From Nitrospirota bacterium (GTDB taxonomy: Bacteria > Nitrospirota > JACRHJ01): a stretch of DNA of 64,000 nt. Below are positions 10,101-20,673 of this stretch, piece by piece. The notes under the pieces are model-generated. The model was not told the DNA's origin. It was given only the letters and a program-made list of their open reading frames with translations, and made no database searches. The stretch spans positions 160,001 to 224,000 of the forward strand of contig CAVTDB010000003.1 in the NCBI GenBank assembly GCA_963733375.1. Reading direction: 5' to 3'. Every line of letters begins with the position of its first letter. Within the stretch, counting starts at the first letter, position 1. Both the position numbers and the translations under genes were made by a program.

Positions 10101-12303
10101 AGATTTCAACTTTTTGGATACCATTGCCAGTCACATCCGTAGCAGTTCCTGAAACCGTATAGCTTGCTCCATTGACTACCGCACCATATGAAGGACTGGC
10201 TATCGTTGAGAAAGGCTCTGCCCGAAATTCGATTGCCCCAATATCAACAGCTGAACCTATAATTCTCGGATTACCCTCAAAATCTGTATCCGGTAAATTA
10301 GGTGCAGAATTATTGCCTATATCTATTAATTGCGAAGAACTATTCAGTCTGAGATCTCCAAAAGCGGAATTAATAAATCCTGCATCATAATTAAAATTAT
10401 TCGACTGAGTAAAAGATGTGCCGTTTTCGAGGTAAACCTTCGCAGGGTCGTAATCGTTGTTCTGGAAATACATGGATGGTGCATCATTATCATAATAACC
10501 GATGTCCCCACCATAGGTTGCTGTATTGTTTTCTAAAATATTATTATAGGCATTGATAACAGAAGAGCCTTCGTTTTGATAATACAATCCTCCGCCTGTC
10601 CCATTCGGTGACGTGCAATTATTTTGCGTAATTGTATTGTTGACAAGATTGATGCTGGCTGCGTAGTCGCTGTATATATAGATACCTCCTCCAAAGTTAC
10701 CTGCTGAATTATTGTAAAGCACATTATTCGTCATCAGGACATTCGAAGAATCGTAACTTTCGAGATATATACCACCACCCTCCGAACCTCCTGACGATGT
10801 ATTTCCTGCTATGGTATTTCCATTAAACGTTAATCCAGCACTATCAGAATAAATATGCAAGCCAGCTCCATCATTACTTGAAGAATTCTGGACCACCGTG
10901 TTTCCAGAGAAATCAAAGGTAGCATCCTCGGCACCAATAAAAATGCCTCCGTAATAACCGGAATTTCCATAAATAATATTATTATTTATCGTATAATTGC
11001 CTTTATAGCCATCAATTAAAACACCAGTACTTAAATTCTGAGCGACAATATTATTACTGAAATCAAGACTACCGTTATCTAAAGATATATAAAGCCCAGC
11101 CTCTTGTCCGCTTCCTTTCGTTATTGTCAATCCTTCTACTGTTATCCCAGAATCGGGCGAATCCGACCAACTATAAATATACAAAACATCGCCTTGTCCT
11201 TCCCCATCAAGCACCGTACCTGTGGGATCTTGGGTAGAACATGTAAAATCTCGACTATAACCGCCGATTAAAACCAATTTATATGGTTGCGCTGAAATAT
11301 ATTGGAATGCTTGATTTTGATTTGCCGATACTTTATATATTCCTTGCGCCAATAAAATTAGATTGTTAGTATTATTAGTCTGCGCCTCGGTTAAGGCGGA
11401 TTGCAGTTCCTGGCTGGTGCTTACTTTGTAAACTACACCGCTTTCATTACCAAAACCTGCGCCATTTATATCGCTCTTTGTAGTAAAGCTCCATATTGGC
11501 CCATCGGACTCCACGTTATGGCTGTCTTTTGCCACCACTTTCCAATAATAGGTAGTATGGAATTGATAGTAATCGAGTGTATAGCTCGTTGCCTCGCCGC
11601 TCCAGACCAAAGGTAAATTGTTAGGGTTCGTCCCGCAATATAAAGAGTATTTCGCAGTCGTATCCGAATCTTGCCAGGTCAATGGGGTATATTTAGGGTT
11701 AATTCCAGTTGAATTGTTGAATGGAGAAGTATAAGTAGGTACATTCGGAGGCAGCGATGACATTGTGGTAAAACTCCACACGGGTCCATCTGACTCCGAA
11801 TTTTGGCTGTCTTTCGCAATTACTTGCCAGTAGTAGGTAGTATGGGATTGATAAGAGTTTAGAGTATAACTTGTCGTAGTGCCGCTCCAGACCAAAGACA
11901 GGCTAGATGGAGATGTTCCGGAATATACATAATACGCCACCGTGTCGCCAGTGTCCGGATCTCCGCCCTGCCAGGTCAATGGTGTCTGCGCCGGATTAAT
12001 GCCTGTCGCATTGTTGAATGGAGAAGTATACGTAGGGACGTTCGGGGGCTGATTTACTGGTGCATCCGGCGTTGTTGTGGCCTGCGTAAGACGGTTCCCC
12101 ACATTATCATAGGTGTAATTAGCGGCCGTTGAATTATTGCCGAAGGTAGTTTTTATGAGTTGGTCGGTTACATCGTAGGTGTGGCGGATAACGTCACTGG
12201 CTGTGCCCCAAACGGGAAATGAAACTATCAGGGCCAGAGCGCATATTGAGGCAACTAGTATAATCTTGTGAATTGATCTTGCCAAGGACTGTACAGGGGT
12301 CAT
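7146..12303 (-). CDS. Large secreted adhesin-like protein (short YD module, FN3-like repeats, beta-helix, Ig-like, SBBP-type propeller); frameshift near 8810
   Basis: Signal peptide; YDVTDQL...YTYDNVGNRLTQ; two PPNVPTYTSPFNN...YYWxV.AKDS repeats; NNTITQN beta-helix ending GNPRIIGSAVDIGAIE; ISTDGG Ig repeats; KYD..GN..W propeller repeats continue into ORF 7146-8621. Confidence 0.75.
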
Positions 12304-12568
12304 AACGTCCTCTGATTTATTTTTCTCTACAATTTAAACTTACCTCTTTAAGTTCTTATTTATTCTCACTCTAAGTTCAGTTATCCTGTCCAAAAACCTA
12401 TTTAACTCCAGTCTCTTTTCTGATGATCGCTAATTTGTCACGTATCTGTGATGGTAACGTTGATTCATTGATACGGGATTCATTCAGGTTGCGAAGAAAT
12501 TTATCTTATTAGTCATGGTCTTAATGTCCCGAAAGTCAACGTGGCTCTGGCATTGTATGCAAAGGCGT

Positions 12569-12985
12569 TCATTTTCCACCTTTAATCATAGTTACGGTAA
12601 AATAAATAAACAGCAAACCTAACATTAAATTAAGCAGGGCGAAAATAATCCCGCTATAAGGAACCACAGAACCGGATACCAATATTCGAGTCCCGTCATA
12701 AATGAAATATCCGCCCGAGAAAAACATAAGAAATCCACTTAGACCAATATAAAGCAGAAAAAACCATTTTGCTGTTTTGTTATTTTTATAGAACAAGAAT
12801 GCCAATAAACTTAACAGAAAAAATTGGCCCAAAGCGACATATACAAGGTAGGACCTGTAGTCGTGTTTCCCTAAATAATTATTAAAAGCGCTTATAACTC
12901 TCACTAAATAATATGACAATACTACGCAGATGATTACTAATTTGTTTCTAAACAACTCGCGTATTATTAACATTGGTTTCCTCAT
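12569..12985 (-). CDS. Putative immunity protein (about 4 TM)
   Basis: Small hydrophobic AT-rich ORF whose ATG overlaps the Rhs stop codon. Confidence 0.6.
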   Translation of the reverse strand: MRKPMLIIRELFRNKLVIICVVLSYYLVRVISAFNNYLGKHDYRSYLVYVALGQFFLLSLLAFLFYKNNKTAKWFFLLYIGLSGFLMFFSGGYFIYDGTRILVSGSVVPYSGIIFALLNLMLGLLFIYFTVTMIKGGK

Positions 12986-15900
12986 TTGCATTTCTTGTTT
13001 ATCTTATCCTCATACTTTTTCAGGGTTTCATTGTAATCGTACCACCATGAATCGTTGAAAGCATCCCATATCCCATAATCTTGGCTTAACTCATACCATT
13101 CATAAGACTTCTGAATGTGCTCTTGGTATTCAGGTGGAGCATTAGGAAAATCAAAATTTTTGAATTTGTCGGCTTCCTTAGATTCTTCTTCTGCTTTCTC
13201 ACAAAACATCTTCCGCATAACATTCCTGAATCCATATGCCATAAAAGGACTAAATAATGGATCTACAACACGTTCGATTATTGTTTTTTCAGCTAAACCC
13301 AAAGGATCAATCCTATTCACAGGGCTGTTGCCTACGAACCCATATAAGTTCAATCCTCCTCTTTCTCTTAATGGGTCTCGTGTCATCCACTTCCCAATTA
13401 TCGGGTTATAAAACCTATACCCGTAGTAATTCGCCCCCAAGCTCGCATAGTAAGGCTTCGTCGAGAACTGATACGGCTGGTCGAGCGTCCCGCTCTTCGA
13501 TACAAGATTTCCAAAGTCGTCGTATTTATATGCCGCAACAACGTTCTGATTGCTGTCAATCACGGCGCTCACATTCCCTTTGCCGTCGTAGAGATAATTA
13601 TAATGCTGCCCGCCCTGAGCCAGTTCTAACAACCCCCCGATACCGCCAGGAGCTTTTGGATTCCAGAAGTAAGAGCGGGACACCGCGTTAGAGCTGTCCC
13701 TCTCCTGCACTACGTTAAAATTGTCATCCCTTATGAAGCGTGTTTCAACGCCATCAATAAATTGTTTTGCAAGCAAACCATCGCCGCTGTAAAAGAACTG
13801 ACAACTATGCTGTACGCTTTGTGAGTCCGTATACGATACAGTGCTCAACCTGTTCTCGGCATCATATGTCGCTGTAGCCGCATACCCGTCAGGCGTAAGC
13901 CAACTGGTCATGTTGCCGTCCGCGTCATAGGTATATGTTCTTGCCGGGTTGGTGGAATTTGTAAGCTGATTAACATTATTGTAGTTGTAATTTACAAGAT
14001 TGTTCGTCAGGCTCATCGGCTGTCCGTTAGTAATCGTCTCCGTGTCACGCATGTCCACGTTCGTTGGCGAATTATAAGTAAAGTCGGCCGCATTTATAAC
14101 TTGCGGTACGCTGTTCATATTAGATACTTCTGTTAGCCTTTGGAGTGGATCATACTGGTAGTTGGTTACGCTCCCATTCGGCCTCGTAAGACTAACAGGA
14201 ATCGGGCTCGGGCTGCCAGTAGAATACGCGGAGGTAAATACACGAGTGCCGCTCGTGATCTTATTTAATCTGCTAATCGTGTCATATCCGTAAGTAATGG
14301 AATCGCCGCCCTGTTGTTGCAGGTTCGCCCTTCTGCCGTTATCATCATACGAGTATGTAAGACTTGGACTGCTATCCCAAGGCGTCTGAACAGTGAGTAG
14401 CTTGGAATTAGCATCATAGCTATAATTCCATGCCCCAATGCCGTCGGTCCGGCTTGTTACGCGGTTATAAGTATCATAGGTGTAGCTAACATTCGGCGTA
14501 GTTTCATCTGAATATGTAATGCCAGTGAGCTTATTATTAGGGTCATATGAATAACTGGCCGTTATGCCCCGTGCATTCTTCTTGCTTATAAGCAGGTCCT
14601 CGCCATCATATACATAGACCTCGCCTTTTCCATCGGCATAAGACTTCCCTACAAGACGGTCGGATGAATCGTAAGAGAACCATGTAACATTGCCATTGGC
14701 ATCAGTCAGCGCCATCATATTACCGTCAGCATCATAGACATATTTGATTATAGTGTTGTCCGGATTTTTAACCTGCGTAAGGTGCTTCGTCGCGTCGTAG
14801 GTGTAATAGGTCGTGCGACCCGACCTGTCGGTATAGCTGTCTATCATTTTGGGGCAGCAGGAAGAATAGGTATATGCCTCCTGCTTTCCATCCGGGTAGG
14901 TTATGCTGGTTATCTGGTCGAGGTCATTATATAAATATGTGAGTATGAGTCCTGTTGTGTCGGTGACAGTTTGGATACGTCCTTTGCTATCATAAGAATA
15001 GCTGTAAAGGACAAGGCCCCCGCGTTCAATTGTGTGAAGCTTGTATTTTGCCGCACCTGTCGGACCGTAATAGGTATAAGTGGTGACGTTGCCAAGAGGG
15101 TTTGTCTTTGACGTTACCTGTCCAAAGCTGTTATATGTATAGCTCGTTTTTTTGCCGAGACGGTCAGTCAAAGAAGTTACATTATGAAAACCATCATAGC
15201 CAAAAGATACGGTTCCGAGACCATTAGAGATACCCGTAAGGTCTACATTATTCCCGGCATAATTCAGGATGGTTGTATTACCTTTGGCGTCTGTTACCGA
15301 AGTCTTATTGCCCATATTGTTATAGGAAAATGAAGTGGTATTACCCTTGGAATCCGTTATGGATGAACGCTCAGTGGTAGCCCAATCATATTGATAAGTG
15401 TTCACCCCGCCGCATTCATAATGCTCGGAATTAATTTCCCCTTTTTCATCTACAAGGACATAGTCGTATAAGGTCTTGGGTACATTGGACATGAAATTGT
15501 TATTTGAGCCATCAGCATATGGAATATAATTATTGGCGCTCACATGCCAACCTTCAATCAAATTTCCATCGTACTGATATTCCTGTTTATTGCCCACAGG
15601 ATTGGTTATAGTAATTCGATAATCCTGATCCATTGTCCCACCGGGCGCGGGATAGTCATTTGAATTATTAGGAATTCCATCCGGAAGTTCAGTATAGAAA
15701 CTCCAGGTTCCTCGCGAATTGCCTATAGAGGAGATATTTATGTTGCTATCGTAAGTCATTGTTGATGTATAACCGCCCATGTCAGTTATGCTTACGAGAT
15801 TTCCGTCGGTATCATATTCAAAAGAAGCGGATCTACCGAATGGGTCGGTTACCTGCTGAACAAGGTTAGCACCCGATTGGTAGGTAAGGGTAGTTACTTG

Positions 15901-17607
15901 ATTTAAGGCATCAGTAATTGTCACAAGCCTTACATTCGAATCGTAACCAAAGTTAAGGCTCTGTCCGTATCGATCTGTTATTTTCGTTAGAAAGGGCTGC
16001 AGAGAGTTCGTTCCGTCGGGAATATTGTATTCATAAACCGTGTCGTCTGGAAAGCGCAAGGTAAAATGATTTTCAGCTATTTTTGTTAAGGTATTGAAAA
16101 CGCCAAACGGACGAATATAGCCCCCGGAACCGTCGGGTGAATAAATATCACGTCTTCCATCCGGCATGAATAAAATCACCTGGCCACCAGTATCTACAAC
16201 AAAATAGCTCCCATAGTTTAACTGCCACTTATTGCCAAAAGGTTCATTTTGGTTTATGGCAGACTGCGAATTATAACTTAGCGTAATTTCAACAGAAGGC
16301 CCAACGGGGCTTTGGTACCACATGGGCGTGTCTTTAACATACATATTCATGTTTATGTTATTAACCCGCCACTTTGGTGAACCGCAGCCGTCGCCGCCAC
16401 CGCTATCACAACAGTCGCCTTCTTCACATTTAGGTGGTCCTAAATCATCTTCGGGCCTAGGTTCTCCACAGCAACCGCCAGTACAGCCCTCCATTTCTGA
16501 TGCAGATAATTTAATGCCTATATTGATGGGGGCATCCTTCGCTTGTAAAATAAGCACGTTCCCGTCCCATTCATTATCAAACTCTTGGGGCGCCTGATGA
16601 AATCTCCTGCCAGCTTGTGGATCAAAAAAGTCAAGACTCTTATCTTTTTTTATCTTATCTAATACCCAATAATGACCACCGTCTCCTGGATTGTGAGATT
16701 TTAACTGTACAATTGAGGGTAAGGGCAATTTGTTCAAGTCATCTTTCGTAATCTTAAGGCCGGCGACGCTATAGCCATATTTCAAAGCGATGTCTTTAAG
16801 TTCCTCCATACTGTAGCCTGAATCCGCAGTTGGTTTCATCATCCGCAGTTCATTTGCCTGTTTCACTTTGCCTTGCTTTTCCATTATGCTCGCCAGAGCA
16901 AGCGTTCCGCAATTCAGCATGGCTCTTTTATGAGCTTTGAAGAGCGACAGTCTATGAATCCAGTGACTGGCGTATGTCCTATCCCTCCAATCATCACTCT
17001 TGATAAGTTTTGTGAAAAGTTTACCGGCCTCGCCAAAGTTATTCTCATAAACCTTTAATACTCCGAGACGGAGCGAAGCTTTATTGACCATTTTCTTCGC
17101 CCCGTCATAAGTATTGTCTTTATCCTTGGTAAGGATTGTAGTGAAATAGGTTTCGGCCTCGCTGTAGCGGCCATTGTATTGAGCGTCGCAACCACAATGC
17201 AGCATGGCTTCCGAAGCCCATGGGCTTCGAGGGTATTCTGTGAGATGCTGCTTTAACAAAGAAGCCGCTTCCTTGTAATTGTGTTTGTTCCATTCCTGCA
17301 TGGCCTTTGCAAAGGACTTGTTAGCCCTGTCTACATCGGCAGCATGCCCTTTGTCTCCAATTGGCTTGATAATATCTTCTGTGGGATAGAGCTGCCCGCC
17401 TAATTGACCAGCTGCCATTATGTCGGTTGCAGTTGGATTTGTGAGGTCAAGGGGTTTTACCGAGTGTTTTACTCTGGGGATTTTAGAATCGGCATATAAA
17501 TAATTTGTATAGGGCGGCGAAAGAAGGAAGAGCAGCGATAAAACAGCTATGACAATAGAAGCTCTAAAAGATAGTTCTCTGCTAAACAATTTCTGCCTCC
17601 TTCGCAA
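12982..17607 (-). CDS. Rhs/YD-repeat protein: signal peptide, TPR, C39 peptidase, Rhs core, C-terminal toxin-like domain
   Basis: TPR (YPRSPWASEAM); C39 motifs NCGTLAL...HYWVL...DFFDP; many YD repeats; Rhs core YGYRFYNPIIGKWMTRDP...NLYGFVGNSPVNRIDPLGL. Confidence 0.92.
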   Translation of the reverse strand: MRRRQKLFSRELSFRASIVIAVLSLLFLLSPPYTNYLYADSKIPRVKHSVKPLDLTNPTATDIMAAGQLGGQLYPTEDIIKPIGDKGHAADVDRANKSFAKAMQEWNKHNYKEAASLLKQHLTEYPRSPWASEAMLHCGCDAQYNGRYSEAETYFTTILTKDKDNTYDGAKKMVNKASLRLGVLKVYENNFGEAGKLFTKLIKSDDWRDRTYASHWIHRLSLFKAHKRAMLNCGTLALASIMEKQGKVKQANELRMMKPTADSGYSMEELKDIALKYGYSVAGLKITKDDLNKLPLPSIVQLKSHNPGDGGHYWVLDKIKKDKSLDFFDPQAGRRFHQAPQEFDNEWDGNVLILQAKDAPINIGIKLSASEMEGCTGGCCGEPRPEDDLGPPKCEEGDCCDSGGGDGCGSPKWRVNNINMNMYVKDTPMWYQSPVGPSVEITLSYNSQSAINQNEPFGNKWQLNYGSYFVVDTGGQVILFMPDGRRDIYSPDGSGGYIRPFGVFNTLTKIAENHFTLRFPDDTVYEYNIPDGTNSLQPFLTKITDRYGQSLNFGYDSNVRLVTITDALNQVTTLTYQSGANLVQQVTDPFGRSASFEYDTDGNLVSITDMGGYTSTMTYDSNINISSIGNSRGTWSFYTELPDGIPNNSNDYPAPGGTMDQDYRITITNPVGNKQEYQYDGNLIEGWHVSANNYIPYADGSNNNFMSNVPKTLYDYVLVDEKGEINSEHYECGGVNTYQYDWATTERSSITDSKGNTTSFSYNNMGNKTSVTDAKGNTTILNYAGNNVDLTGISNGLGTVSFGYDGFHNVTSLTDRLGKKTSYTYNSFGQVTSKTNPLGNVTTYTYYGPTGAAKYKLHTIERGGLVLYSYSYDSKGRIQTVTDTTGLILTYLYNDLDQITSITYPDGKQEAYTYSSCCPKMIDSYTDRSGRTTYYTYDATKHLTQVKNPDNTIIKYVYDADGNMMALTDANGNVTWFSYDSSDRLVGKSYADGKGEVYVYDGEDLLISKKNARGITASYSYDPNNKLTGITYSDETTPNVSYTYDTYNRVTSRTDGIGAWNYSYDANSKLLTVQTPWDSSPSLTYSYDDNGRRANLQQQGGDSITYGYDTISRLNKITSGTRVFTSAYSTGSPSPIPVSLTRPNGSVTNYQYDPLQRLTEVSNMNSVPQVINAADFTYNSPTNVDMRDTETITNGQPMSLTNNLVNYNYNNVNQLTNSTNPARTYTYDADGNMTSWLTPDGYAATATYDAENRLSTVSYTDSQSVQHSCQFFYSGDGLLAKQFIDGVETRFIRDDNFNVVQERDSSNAVSRSYFWNPKAPGGIGGLLELAQGGQHYNYLYDGKGNVSAVIDSNQNVVAAYKYDDFGNLVSKSGTLDQPYQFSTKPYYASLGANYYGYRFYNPIIGKWMTRDPLRERGGLNLYGFVGNSPVNRIDPLGLAEKTIIERVVDPLFSPFMAYGFRNVMRKMFCEKAEEESKEADKFKNFDFPNAPPEYQEHIQKSYEWYELSQDYGIWDAFNDSWWYDYNETLKKYEDKINKKCK

Positions 17608-17984
17608 AAACTAATAATAAAACTTGATACTTAGATGCTTAAGATTTGAACTCTGTTAAAGCAAGAATATCGGGATTACGTAGGGCTCGGATAGAGCAAA
17701 GGGCTATTAAACAAAAACTATGACAATAGTATAAGCAAAAAACACGCCACATAGATTTGGCAAACTAAAAATTTTATTTAAGTTTATGATATTATTTAAT
17801 AATCTTTTCTCATTTAGATTACCTCAAAAAATGATTTTTTGCGCATTAACGCTCCAATATTATGCATTATCGCTCATTTTTAAGTATATTCTGTCAGATG
17901 TGAGCAGCCCCGCTTGTCGATATTGCAGGTTTATTTCAAAAAACAGTTTGAAGGGGGTGGGTCTATTGGGAGATTATAGTCAGA

Positions 17985-18070
17985 GAAGAGTTGACAAGCT
18001 CAGGGAAGCGGATGTGCTTTTAGGCAAAGGCGAGACGGTCGGTTAGGCGTCGGGTGATTGGTGTCGCTTT
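17985..18070 (+). pseudogene. IS3-family transposase OrfA remnant
   Basis: KLREADVLLGKGETVG* resembles the IS3-family OrfA N-terminus; in-frame stop and no OrfB. Confidence 0.5.
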
Positions 18071-18327
18071 AAGGAGTAGAAAAACCTTGAATTTCATTTA
18101 ATCTTCCAAAGTATTAAGAGTAAAGAAACTGAAAAAATTGTATAGATACCGTATATAAGGCAATTCAATTAAGGATTTTGTAAAAGAAAAAGGCTCCGTT
18201 GTAAGGGCCTTCAGATTATGCGGATTCTTTGAAGTAGGTTTTCTATATGGAGCACGGTTCGCCACAGCTTCTATTGGATCGCCTCTTTAATTTTTGACTA
18301 CAAGATAGTTATTGGAGTGAGGATGCC

Positions 18328-18362
18328 AAATGAGAGCCGGCTATTTAGGACGGCTCTCATTT
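18328..18362. terminator. Intrinsic terminator after the GH13 gene
   Basis: AAATGAGAGCCG-loop-CGGCTCTCATTT. Confidence 0.7.
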
Positions 18363-18374
18363 AAAGAGGCCTTA

Positions 18375-20291
18375 TTATAGAACGGGTGCAAAAATCTGTA
18401 TCTCCATAGGTGCAAGGTTTACATCCAGTGCGGCTGTGTCACTCGTGCCCTTCAAATTACCCGGACTGTCATAAAATTTTGCCTGGTTTATTATCCGTGC
18501 CGTAGCCGTACCGGATGTTCCGAGGTTGCTATAGACCAGGGACATCTTCCTCGGCGGCCGATTCAGGTCTAGGTCAAGCAGGATTTGGCCTTGGAAGTTC
18601 TGAGTAGGGCTGGTATTTGCGGCAATCATTATCTCGCGGTTATAAAGTATTCGAGAGAATGCCAACATGCCGCCTTTCCCGAACGAATGACCGAAATCAG
18701 ATCCGTTGCCTGATATTTCTCTGAAATATATCCTTCCATAACGGATGGCGGGCTCGCTCATGCGCAAACGCGCAATGGCCTGTATGTGTACAAACAGGGG
18801 GTTCGTTTGGTCGAATGCGGAAGGCCCTTTGCCCCAGAGCGCTTCACGGACCGATTCCAAGCTCCCATTGGCATCGATAGTCCCCTGTAGCCCTTGCTCC
18901 GTCCCATAGTACAGGCAGGGGACCCCTTGCAGACAAAAAAGCGCCGTTAAACCCAGACTGACCTGCTCTTTGGGAGTAGCTATATTATTAAATCGTCCCG
19001 GCTGATCATGGTTATCCAGGAAACTTACAAAATATTTGCCAGCTTCGCCATGCGAGCTGATAAGTCCTGTCTCCGCCTTTTTTCGGTTCTCAAAAACGGC
19101 GCGAACCTTCTCAACCTCGCAAAGTCCCTTGGCAGCCCAAGGCAAATTATAGAATGTCGGAAAATCAAGGGCCGCGTCGAGTCCGAAACCATCGACAGCG
19201 GAACTATGTCGCCCGATAAACTCATCGATAATGCTTTCCTGGTCGTAGACTTCAGCGAACGTAAAGAAATTCTTTTTGCCTATGCTCAACGCGAATTCTC
19301 TCATAGCGTTGCCAAATGTCTGTATCGCATCCGGGGCCACGTATTTTACGGTATCGAGCCTGAAACCATCAATGTCGTATTTTGCAATCATATTCTGGTA
19401 TATGCGGATAAGGATATTCAGCACAGGACTTCTGCCATATTTGTTGAGTAGGCCCGGTTGCGCGGGCTGTGCCGCGTCGTATTCCACGACGAGCTGGCGC
19501 ATTGTGCCGAAGTCTCCACGCACAAAACCATCGGGCGGAGGAGCATCTGTAAGTTTGTCCCCTCTTCTACGGAAAAATTCCTTTACTTGCAAGTCCGACG
19601 GCCAAACTGCATCGTCAGGAGAGAGCTTAAAACCGGAAGGAATATCATTCAATAAATTCGATTGCGGTTTTCCAGTTCGGTCTATCCACTCTATCGGAGG
19701 CTCCTGTCCAAAAGGGGCATCCATTATCTGCTGGCTTGCAAACTCGTTTACGAGAGAACCATTCAGTACGTAATTAAAAACCTGCGCCGAATGGTTCAGT
19801 ACGATGTCCAGGATTATGTAAATACCCCTTGCATGGGCCTCTTCCACCAATTCATTTAATTCCCGCTCGGCGGTAGCAACGGTGTGGTCGGATGCAAAGC
19901 GCGGGTCCAAATTCAAAAAATCCTGAATGGCATAACCGTAATAGGTGTTACTCCATTTTGCGTTTTTAAGTACCGGGCTCAGCCATATAGCCTTCGCTCC
20001 AAGGTTTTCGATGTAGCCAAGCTGCTCCTTCACGCCTTTAAATGTCCCGCCCTGCCAGCCGTCACATCTTTGGTTCCATGTAAATTGGGGGGGCACATCG
20101 GGATTATTGAAGCGATCCATCATTAAAAAATAGATCCAGCAATCACGCCAATCTTCGGGGGAAGGGAATGGATACGGAATAACTTTACTTACACCATCTA
20201 CAACAATCGTTTTTGTTTTTCCGTTCTTTGCCGCCTCCATTACATCATGTTCAATCTGGATCAATTCCGGACTTAAAATTTCCGTGGCCAT
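18375..20291 (-). CDS. GH13 alpha-amylase family glycoside hydrolase
   Basis: IYFLMMDRF, GGTFKG, DIVLNH, IDGFRLDTVKY (nucleophile), FAEVY, FLDNHD, PCLYYGTEQ. Confidence 0.92.
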   Translation of the reverse strand: MATEILSPELIQIEHDVMEAAKNGKTKTIVVDGVSKVIPYPFPSPEDWRDCWIYFLMMDRFNNPDVPPQFTWNQRCDGWQGGTFKGVKEQLGYIENLGAKAIWLSPVLKNAKWSNTYYGYAIQDFLNLDPRFASDHTVATAERELNELVEEAHARGIYIILDIVLNHSAQVFNYVLNGSLVNEFASQQIMDAPFGQEPPIEWIDRTGKPQSNLLNDIPSGFKLSPDDAVWPSDLQVKEFFRRRGDKLTDAPPPDGFVRGDFGTMRQLVVEYDAAQPAQPGLLNKYGRSPVLNILIRIYQNMIAKYDIDGFRLDTVKYVAPDAIQTFGNAMREFALSIGKKNFFTFAEVYDQESIIDEFIGRHSSAVDGFGLDAALDFPTFYNLPWAAKGLCEVEKVRAVFENRKKAETGLISSHGEAGKYFVSFLDNHDQPGRFNNIATPKEQVSLGLTALFCLQGVPCLYYGTEQGLQGTIDANGSLESVREALWGKGPSAFDQTNPLFVHIQAIARLRMSEPAIRYGRIYFREISGNGSDFGHSFGKGGMLAFSRILYNREIMIAANTSPTQNFQGQILLDLDLNRPPRKMSLVYSNLGTSGTATARIINQAKFYDSPGNLKGTSDTAALDVNLAPMEIQIFAPVL

Positions 20292-20354
20292 ACGATTCCC
20301 TCCATACCTATAGATTTTTTTATATAATTCTCTATGTCGCTCCCTTCCAGCCTA

Positions 20355-20673
20355 TTAAAGAACCGTTACCCTTATCCATATTTCTCTCAAAGGCTGTTTA
20401 TCGTGTTCCCACGGACGTTCGCAATGATAGATGGACTTTTACTATGCCGGGGGCCAAAGCGGTGATGATAAGCAATTGTTCTATACTGTACGAATCCGGA
20501 GCTGCACCTCCGGGCAGCGGGCGGATGGGAGGAGGCAGCGATTCCATAGACACTGCCACAATGCCCACCTCACCCTCAATGTCCTGTTCCCAGCGGTAAC
20601 CAGCACTACCCAAACCGCCAATCTTCAACTGATATTTTTCTCCAGGCCGAAGGCTGATCTCATACGTTTCCAA
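20355..20673 (-). CDS. Chagasin-family (I42) cysteine protease inhibitor (apparent frameshift near 20420)
   Basis: GLGSAGYRW motif; removing one base restores the RRPWE motif and a stop at 20355; overlaps the protease stop. Confidence 0.75.
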
